Shown: in pieces, positions 57,681-64,000 of the stretch
Layout of the letters: each line of letters starts with the position of its first letter
Numbering within the stretch: position 1 is the stretch's first letter
NCBI GenBank assembly: GCA_963760615.1
Contig: CAVXDX010000012.1
Coordinates: 1 to 64,000, forward strand
Reading direction: 5' to 3'
Origin: an uncultured Candidatus Micrarchaeota archaeon
Lineage (GTDB): Archaea > Micrarchaeota > Micrarchaeia > Burarchaeales > Fermentimicrarchaeaceae
Length of the DNA stretch: 64,000 nucleotides
Position numbers and translations under genes: made by a program
The notes under the pieces: model-generated
Database searches by the model: none
Told to the model about the DNA's origin: nothing
The model's input: the letters and a program-made list of their open reading frames with translations, nothing else

Positions 57681-58421
57681 CTATATGAAACGCTGTAGCG
57701 CTTCCTCCTCCATGAAGTGGAGCTTGCCCGGTATCACCAGTATGAAAGGCGGCTTCCCAAGCTGCTTTTTAGTAAGTTCCTCCGGCTTTCCATATGTTAT
57801 CTTCTGCCCCTTGCTCCCAACCCTACTCAGCACTACTGCATGGAATTCACCAAGCCTCTTTTTTTCTTTCTCAATTGCAAGCAGTTGCTGGAGCGCTTCT
57901 GATGCCTCCATGCACCTCTCCTTGATATCGAGGAAGACAACAGAATGCAGCCCCCTCTCCCTGTTCTCGGCTATAACCTCATAGCTGCTTGTGGGCTCAT
58001 AGCCCTTGCTCCAGAGGGCGATGGTGCACGGCTTTCCAAGCTTATATGCCTGGAGGCCGCACTCGCCAATTGCAGCTGTGAGTATGGATGAGGAGTGCAC
58101 CACGGCGGTTTCTATTCCTCTCTTCTCCGCGGAGAGCTTCAGCGATATGTGAGTTGTTGAGATAAGAGGATCGCCAGGAACAAGGAGTGCAACCTTCTTT
58201 GAGAGAGCCTCACTCAGTATCCTATCCTCCCCCTCAACCTCCTCCCTGTTGAGGATGGTTATTTTCCTGCCCACAAGCTTCTCCAGCCTCTTGAGCGAGC
58301 CCTTCTCTCTGCTGCCAGTGTACTGCTCTGCAAATACAACGTCGCAGCCCTTCAGCTCCTCCAGTCCCCTGAGGCTGACGTCTTTCTCGTCCCATATCCC
58401 CATTCCAATGAGCAGCAACAT
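57681..58421 (-). CDS. dph5: Diphthine synthase
   Basis: LIGMGI, E.YT, PGDPLISTTH, GLQAYKLG, GLHS..FLDI. Confidence 0.92.
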   Translation of the reverse strand: MLLLIGMGIWDEKDVSLRGLEELKGCDVVFAEQYTGSREKGSLKRLEKLVGRKITILNREEVEGEDRILSEALSKKVALLVPGDPLISTTHISLKLSAEKRGIETAVVHSSSILTAAIGECGLQAYKLGKPCTIALWSKGYEPTSSYEVIAENRERGLHSVVFLDIKERCMEASEALQQLLAIEKEKKRLGEFHAVVLSRVGSKGQKITYGKPEELTKKQLGKPPFILVIPGKLHFMEEEALQRFI

Positions 58422-59300
58422 TCACACACCAGCAAGCAGCCTCAGGGCATCCCTCACCCCTGGTGCCAGACCGAATATTATGAGTAGAAGCAGGATATAG
58501 ATTTTCTCATCCCTCTGGTCATCTGAGGTTTCGACAACCCAAACGGCAAGGGTTGAGAAGAGCACCTTCACAACATAGAATGCGAACATCGTCCCGAAGA
58601 CTGTCCCCAGTGCCCCGCTGACGACATGCTGCTCAAAATAGTTTCCGTTGAAAAGGTCTATCGCCACGTAGGAAGCAGCACCATCAAGCGAGTGGGAGAA
58701 TATGACGAGAAGCTGCGACAGGCCAGCCTTCAGCTTCACCCTTTCCAGTAGGAGCTTGCCGGAAAACAGGCCGATAAGAGAGAGCACAACAATGAGCAGG
58801 AAGTGCAGCCAGTTTTTCATGAGCGGCATGAGAAGTATGATGTGCGGAAGGAGCAGCACCAGCGCAAACAGCGGGAGGAGGTCCATCCTCTTTATTCTGT
58901 TGAAGAAGATTATTGAGAGAAATGTCAGCACACCTATGACAACGTATATGCCTGGAGTTGCAGTGAGAAAGCCGTAGTCGTATACATGCAACCCGCCAAC
59001 AAACCCGTACAGGCCAAAAAGTGCCGAGCTGTTCTGCAGGAACTGATTTGGAAGGCCTGAGAAGACTCCCCCAGTTGCATCGGTTACTACTCTCACAACA
59101 GAGCCAAGGATTATGAATGGTATGACGCGGAGGACAAATCTATCATCCAGCTTGACTTTCTCCCTCTTGAGGATTTTGAAGAAGATGAACGCAAAGAACA
59201 GCGCAATGACTGCATAAACTAGAGTGTTGATTACATTGTAGCCAGTCCTGTCGTAAACCGGCTTTATGAAATATGAGTCAATGAATTCTACTACATCCAT
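58422..59300 (-). CDS. DUF63 family membrane protein
   Basis: GYNVINTLVY, RV.TD, HSLDG, FEQHV, GLAPGVRD. Confidence 0.82.
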   Translation of the reverse strand: MDVVEFIDSYFIKPVYDRTGYNVINTLVYAVIALFFAFIFFKILKREKVKLDDRFVLRVIPFIILGSVVRVVTDATGGVFSGLPNQFLQNSSALFGLYGFVGGLHVYDYGFLTATPGIYVVIGVLTFLSIIFFNRIKRMDLLPLFALVLLLPHIILLMPLMKNWLHFLLIVVLSLIGLFSGKLLLERVKLKAGLSQLLVIFSHSLDGAASYVAIDLFNGNYFEQHVVSGALGTVFGTMFAFYVVKVLFSTLAVWVVETSDDQRDEKIYILLLLIIFGLAPGVRDALRLLAGV

Positions 59301-59301
59301 A

Positions 59302-59814
59302 TCATCGCTCCCACATCTCTATGAACCTATCCACTATTGCATCAAGGAAACTGGTGCGGTAGGTGATTATCGCCTTTGCAATCTCATCTGGCTTCGCGAG
59401 GGAGTACAATACCTCCTTTCCAATTCTTTTCTTCCTTGCAAGTTTTGACTCCAGCATCTTGTCAAGGTACCAGGAGGTGGTAGCGGGTGAACGCTTGAGC
59501 TCTTCTGCTATTCTCTTGTGGTTGAGCTCTTTGTCTGTAAGAAGCATAATTGCAATATGTCGTATGGGTTTCTGCCTCAGGAGAGAGAGGAGCATCTTTT
59601 CCCTTTCTGTGAAAATTCCTATGGCATAATACCGCACATACTCCCCATCCTTCTTCTGGATTACCATGCTATCGTGGAGGAGGTTGGTGAGGTGGTACTG
59701 CAGCGTGCCCACAGGTAGCTTTAGATGCCGCTGTATTTCCCTGAAATGGCTTCCTGGGAAATGCAGGACGTGCTCATATATCTGCTGACGCTGCTCCAGA
59801 CCCTGAACTCTCAT
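59302..59814 (-). CDS. Double winged-HTH transcriptional regulator
   Basis: R.QIY....PG.HFREI...GTLQYHL and second HTH ATTSWYL. Confidence 0.8.
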   Translation of the reverse strand: MRVQGLEQRQQIYEHVLHFPGSHFREIQRHLKLPVGTLQYHLTNLLHDSMVIQKKDGEYVRYYAIGIFTEREKMLLSLLRQKPIRHIAIMLLTDKELNHKRIAEELKRSPATTSWYLDKMLESKLARKKRIGKEVLYSLAKPDEIAKAIITYRTSFLDAIVDRFIEMWER

Positions 59815-59817
59815 ACT

Positions 59818-60087
59818 CTACTCCCTCACCACAGCAGAGAATATCAGGGCCAGCGTCAGAAAATCGAGTAGATTGGAAAGCAACATTGCGAATATGGACT
59901 GCTCACTTGTCAGTTTTATTAGGGTTCTTGCGAAATAGGCAACAAAAGCAAGCGAGACAAACAGTATAGTCCTCCTCCTGTTCTTCCTGTATGCCAGAAG
60001 TGATATGACAGCCAGCCCAAGGGCAAAGATGACTGTTGATACCTCCACCAGCAGGTTAAAGCCAGTTATGTATTCTTCCATATTCAT
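59818..60087 (-). CDS. Small three-TM protein co-transcribed with the HTH regulator
   Basis: LAVISLLAYRK..LFVSLAF. Confidence 0.6.
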   Translation of the reverse strand: MNMEEYITGFNLLVEVSTVIFALGLAVISLLAYRKNRRRTILFVSLAFVAYFARTLIKLTSEQSIFAMLLSNLLDFLTLALIFSAVVRE

Positions 60088-60111
60088 CCCTCCAAAACGT
60101 TAACAATTTCC

Positions 60112-61545
60112 TCACTCAAACTTCCAGCTCGTTCCCTCCTTTTCATCGTTGAGGGCCACTCCCGCCTTCTTGAGCTCAGCTCTTATTTCATCTGAAGCCT
60201 TCCATTCCCCTTTCTTTCTGAGCTCCTCCCTTGCCTTTATGAGGATTGCCATCATCTTTTCAACCAGCTCTCCCCCAGCCCTCTTCTCCTCTGTGAGCTT
60301 CAGCCCGAGAATTCCGCCAAGCTCCTCAAACATCTTCAGAATCTTTTCCTTCAGCTCAGGACTCATTGAATCATTCTTTGATGTGAATGAATTCAGTTTT
60401 GTTGAGAACTCGAAAAGAGAGGCCAGCGCACTTGGTGTGTTGAAGTCGTCATCCATTGCCCTCTCAAACTCCTCTCTTATCTTTTTAATAAGCTTTTCTA
60501 ACTCCTCACTCGCTGTTTTTGAAGGCTTGAGCCTCTTAAGAAGCAGGATGGAATTCTTCAAGCTCTCCAAGCTCCTCCTTGCCTGCTCCAGGTTCTTCTC
60601 GCTGTAGTCTATTGGGCTCCTGTAGTGCGTTGATGTGAAGAAGAAGCGCAAAGTATCCGCGTCATATTTCTCAAGCGCCTGGCGCAGCGTCACATAGTTA
60701 CCCAGCGACTTGGACATCTTCTCTCCATTTATTGTGAGGAATTCGGTGTGGAGCCAGTACTTAACAAAGGGTTTCTTCCCAGTAAGTGCTTCTGCCTGCG
60801 CTATTTCATTCTCATGGTGCGGGAACTTCAAATCCCTCCCCCCTCCATGAATGTCAAGCTGCTCCCCGATGTACTTTGCAGACATCACTGAGCATTCAAT
60901 ATGCCAGCCTGGGAAGCCCTCCCCCCATGGGCTGGGCCACTTGAATGGGTCACTTTCCCTGGCTTTTTTCCACAGTGCGAAATCCTCTGGGTTTCTCTTG
61001 CCGGGATGCACCTCAAACCTCGTCCCTGCAGCCATCTCCCCCGGGTTTATCTTTGAGAGTTTCCCATAATCCTTGAACTTGGAGACATCGAAGAAGACAT
61101 TGCCGTCAACCTCGTAGGCATACCCTTTCTCAATGAGCTTCTGCACTGCCTGAATCATGTCTATGATGTGCCCAGTCGCCCTCGGCGAGATGTCCGGCCT
61201 GATGACACCAAGGCTGTCCATATCCTTGAAATACTCCCGTATGTACTTTTCAACAAGCGCCATTGGCTGAATTTTCTCTTCGGTGGATTTCTTCCCGATT
61301 TTATCCTCTCCAGTATCCTCCCTCAGGTGGCCTACATCTGTTATATTCTGTATATATGTAACTGAGAATCCCCTGTGCTTGAGCCAGCGCAGGATTATGT
61401 CAAACGCTATGTACGTTCTTGCGTGTCCTAGATGCGCCCAGTCATAGACTGTGGGGCCGCATACATACATCCCAACCCTTCCCTTCCTGAGAGGTATGAA
61501 CTCCTCCAACTTTCCACTTAGGCTATTGTGCACTTTCAACGGCAT
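60112..61545 (-). CDS. cysS: Cysteine--tRNA ligase
   Basis: [37 protein letters not shown]; start MPLKV after SD GGTGA. Confidence 0.96.
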   Translation of the reverse strand: MPLKVHNSLSGKLEEFIPLRKGRVGMYVCGPTVYDWAHLGHARTYIAFDIILRWLKHRGFSVTYIQNITDVGHLREDTGEDKIGKKSTEEKIQPMALVEKYIREYFKDMDSLGVIRPDISPRATGHIIDMIQAVQKLIEKGYAYEVDGNVFFDVSKFKDYGKLSKINPGEMAAGTRFEVHPGKRNPEDFALWKKARESDPFKWPSPWGEGFPGWHIECSVMSAKYIGEQLDIHGGGRDLKFPHHENEIAQAEALTGKKPFVKYWLHTEFLTINGEKMSKSLGNYVTLRQALEKYDADTLRFFFTSTHYRSPIDYSEKNLEQARRSLESLKNSILLLKRLKPSKTASEELEKLIKKIREEFERAMDDDFNTPSALASLFEFSTKLNSFTSKNDSMSPELKEKILKMFEELGGILGLKLTEEKRAGGELVEKMMAILIKAREELRKKGEWKASDEIRAELKKAGVALNDEKEGTSWKFE

Positions 61546-61557
61546 CTGCTCACCCAG

Positions 61558-61628
61558 AGCCAGGAAGGGGAATCGAACCCCTCTATGCCGGTCTGCAGCC
61601 GGCCACATGGCCACTCTGTCATCCTGGC
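61558..61628 (-). tRNA. tRNA-Cys(GCA)
   Basis: Reverse complement GCCAGGA..GCCGG-CTGCAGA-CCGGC..GGTTCGATTCC..TCCTGGCT. Confidence 0.92.
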
Positions 61629-61660
61629 GCGGAGTATATTTTGGTTAATTTGTTATTTAA

Positions 61661-62950
61661 TTACGTGCCCTCCTCCCAGGAGCGCGCATACCTCTCCTGC
61701 TCCTTGCTGGGCTTGGAGAGTTTTATTCCCTTTGCTGCGAGGGCAAGCTCCGCAACTACGTCGTCTATGCTTCTGGGAACCGAGATTACCTTTGCAGGAA
61801 GCTTTTTTTTCAATATGAACTCCAGGCTCAATGCCTGAATTGCGAAGCTTCCATCCATTATTTCTATTGGGTGGCCCTGCCCTGAAGGCCTTGCAAGGTT
61901 GACGAGCCTTCCCTCAGAAAGCAGGTACAGCTTCTTTCCATTCTTCAGGGTGAAGCGCTCCACGTTCTCCTTAACTCTCTCCCTCTTTTCAGAGAGCTGC
62001 TCCAGCCCCTTTAGGTCTATCTCATTGTTGAAATGCCCTGCGTTTGCGAGTATTGCGCCATCCTGCATCTTCTCGAAATGCTTCTTGGTTATGACATCTA
62101 CATTTCCAGTTGAAGTTATGAAGAGCTCTCCCTCTCCCGCTGCCTCATCTAGGTTCATCACCCTGAAGCCACTGTAAAGAGCTTCAAGAGCCTTGTGCTG
62201 CCCTGCGGGACCCTCCTCTTTTCCAAGCCTGCCAGAAACTTCAACAACTATAACATTTGCGCCGAGGCCTCTCATCCTTTCGCTTATGCCTCTTCCGCAC
62301 CACCCAAAGCCAATCACGACAACAGTTTTTCCTGCCACTAGCTTGTTAGTTGCGCGCATTATTGCATCAGCTGTGCTCTGGGCTGTGCCAAACCTATTGT
62401 CAAAAAGGAATTTTGAGTAAGCGTCATTCACTGCAACAACTGGAAGCTTCAGTTTGCCCTCCCTCTCCATTGCCCTGAGGCGTGTCACCCCAGTTGTAGT
62501 CTCCTCGCAGGCACCCCTGATCCTCCCAAGCAGCTCCTTCCTCTTTGTGTGCACCATGAATATCTGGTCGCACCCATCATCAATCAACAGGTCGGGCTTG
62601 CGGTCAAGCACGCTGTTTATATTTTCGTAGTATTCCTTCTCATTTTCACCAGCCCATGCATAGACATGCATGCCTTCCCCAGCAAGCGCAGCAGCCACTC
62701 TGTCGTCAGTAGTCAGCGGATTGCAGCTTGCCGCAGCTATGCTTGCACCTCCTTCCTTGAGAGTTTCAAGTAGCACGCCCGTCTTCTTCTCAAGGTGCAG
62801 GCACACCCCTATGGTGATTCCCTTGAATGGCTTCTCCCTCTCAAACTTCTTCCCTATAATTGAAAGGAGAGGCATGTTCTCTCTGGCCCACTCCAGCTCC
62901 TCCCTGCCTTCCTTTGAAAGCTTCGCATCTTTTATTCTGCTCATATCCAC
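61661..62950 (-). CDS. ahcY: Adenosylhomocysteinase
   Basis: CLHL, SCNPLTT, DDGCD, EETTTG, K.LFDNRFGT, GFGWCGRG, GHF, EGRLVNL. Confidence 0.96.
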   Translation of the reverse strand: MDMSRIKDAKLSKEGREELEWARENMPLLSIIGKKFEREKPFKGITIGVCLHLEKKTGVLLETLKEGGASIAAASCNPLTTDDRVAAALAGEGMHVYAWAGENEKEYYENINSVLDRKPDLLIDDGCDQIFMVHTKRKELLGRIRGACEETTTGVTRLRAMEREGKLKLPVVAVNDAYSKFLFDNRFGTAQSTADAIMRATNKLVAGKTVVVIGFGWCGRGISERMRGLGANVIVVEVSGRLGKEEGPAGQHKALEALYSGFRVMNLDEAAGEGELFITSTGNVDVITKKHFEKMQDGAILANAGHFNNEIDLKGLEQLSEKRERVKENVERFTLKNGKKLYLLSEGRLVNLARPSGQGHPIEIMDGSFAIQALSLEFILKKKLPAKVISVPRSIDDVVAELALAAKGIKLSKPSKEQERYARSWEEGT

Positions 62951-63076
62951 CCTCCAATATGTTTATACGTTCTATTCTAAAAACTTCTCTCTCACTATAG
63001 ACAATGTTATATACTAGCTCAAATATAACCGAGTTTTATTTAAAACTGTTTGTTCAAAAATAACTTGGGTGACCCT

Positions 63077-63454
63077 ATGATGATGCCATGCGAGGTTATA
63101 GTGCGCTACTACCTGCCTGCGATGAGGTACAGAATAGCTGATGAGCTTATGGAGAACTACGGCTGGACGCAGGTTGAGGTTTCTGAGAGGCTGAGGATAA
63201 CGCAGGCTGCAGTGAGCAAGTACATGGGAGGGAAGCTCGATGAGAAGGCAAAGGAATTCTCCGAGATGAAGGAAGTGAAAGATGCAGCCAGGAGAATTGC
63301 AAAGGGGATTGCAGAAGAGAAACATAGGTCTGACTCCATAGCAGAGCTTTGTATTGTATGCGGCAACCTGAGAAGAGAGGGGAAGCTGTGCAAGATGCAT
63401 CTTAGCATGAAGAAGTTGAAGGAGTGCAACTGTAATATATGCATTAGCAGGTGA
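63077..63454 (+). CDS. Predicted HTH transcriptional regulator with Cys-rich C-terminus
   Basis: PCE....LPA.R..IA..L..TQ..V...L.ITQAAVSKY; C..C..C..H tail. Confidence 0.78.
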   Translation: MMMPCEVIVRYYLPAMRYRIADELMENYGWTQVEVSERLRITQAAVSKYMGGKLDEKAKEFSEMKEVKDAARRIAKGIAEEKHRSDSIAELCIVCGNLRREGKLCKMHLSMKKLKECNCNICISR

Positions 63455-64000
63455 ATGCTTGAAGCGCAAAAAGGATGGCAGTGAGGTTCTGGGGCTGGTA
63501 TTTCACATATGCTTCTTCCTAGTTTCTGTATATCTATTGCTGGTGCTACTCTCTCCGCTGCTCATCCAGTCAGACAACAGAATTCTCCTTGGGATGGGCG
63601 CAGTGAGCTACATCTCCAATGTTTTGATGTGCCACCAACTCCCAGAGAGGAGCTTTGAGCTCTTCGGGCAGTACATGCCAATATGCTCAAGGGATATAGG
63701 TCTTTTCCTCGGGGTGTTTGTAGCATGCATCGTATCATTTGCCAGCAAGCTTCCAAACTTCCTGAAAAGCAGCTGGCTCGCCATCCTAAGCGTAGTTCCT
63801 CTCGGCATTGACGGAGTGATGCAGCTCCTCGGCTTCTGGGAGAGCACAAACGAAATTAGACTCGCAACCGGGCTCCTTGCAGGCTTCTGCATCTCTTACT
63901 ATGCAATAAAAGTTTTCATTGGCCAGCCCACGTGGGATAGGGGCGCATTCACCGCACTACTGCTGCTCCTGCCTTTCCTTGCCATTCTGCTTGGAGCATC
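63455..64000 (+). CDS. DUF2085-like membrane protein (partial, runs off window)
   Basis: Hand-translated CHQLPERSF..QYMPICSRDIG and DG..QL..ST motifs. Confidence 0.75.

Noticed and set aside
61546-61614. N-terminal extension of CysS given in the ORF track
   Set aside because: Overlaps tRNA-Cys; the SD supports a start at 61545

Overview
Archaeal chromosomal window. The best inference is a DPANN/Micrarchaeota-like lineage: it has a ~386-aa three-unit tRNA splicing endonuclease, non-canonical tRNA introns and many class-III-signal pilin-like genes. This assignment was not checked against a database. Most of the window is dense housekeeping: eIF2a-nop10-PAC2, coaBC, purC/purE, pyrC, glnA, dnaG, hjc, hef, rpoK, rnhB, endA, taw1, dph5, cysS, ahcY, ether-lipid enzymes and an ECF transporter. 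It also holds seven tRNAs and the RNase P RNA gene. An accessory region (~27.9-37.2 kb) is the most unusual part. It contains (i) orphan genes sharing an exact 14-bp promoter-proximal motif, (ii) toxin-antitoxin modules, (iii) a ~330-nt highly structured putative ncRNA of no family I recognise, and (iv) a 1.24-kb integrase-less islet bounded by a perfect 47-bp duplication of the 3' end of the RNase P RNA gene, i.e. rnpB apparently used as an att site. Other highlights are a tRNA-Gly(CCC) with two D-loop introns and a 5-nt middle exon, a tRNA-Met intron resembling a C34 methylation guide, a secreted VIT-VWA protein fused through a TM helix to an ArsR-type HTH, a 1,377-aa Cys-rich giant pilin with 378-bp tandem repeats, and several conserved genes whose expected start codon is non-canonical (ACG/ATA/ATC). 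No CRISPR array, rRNA, integrase or transposase was seen. Coordinates were read by eye and may be off by 1-2 nt.
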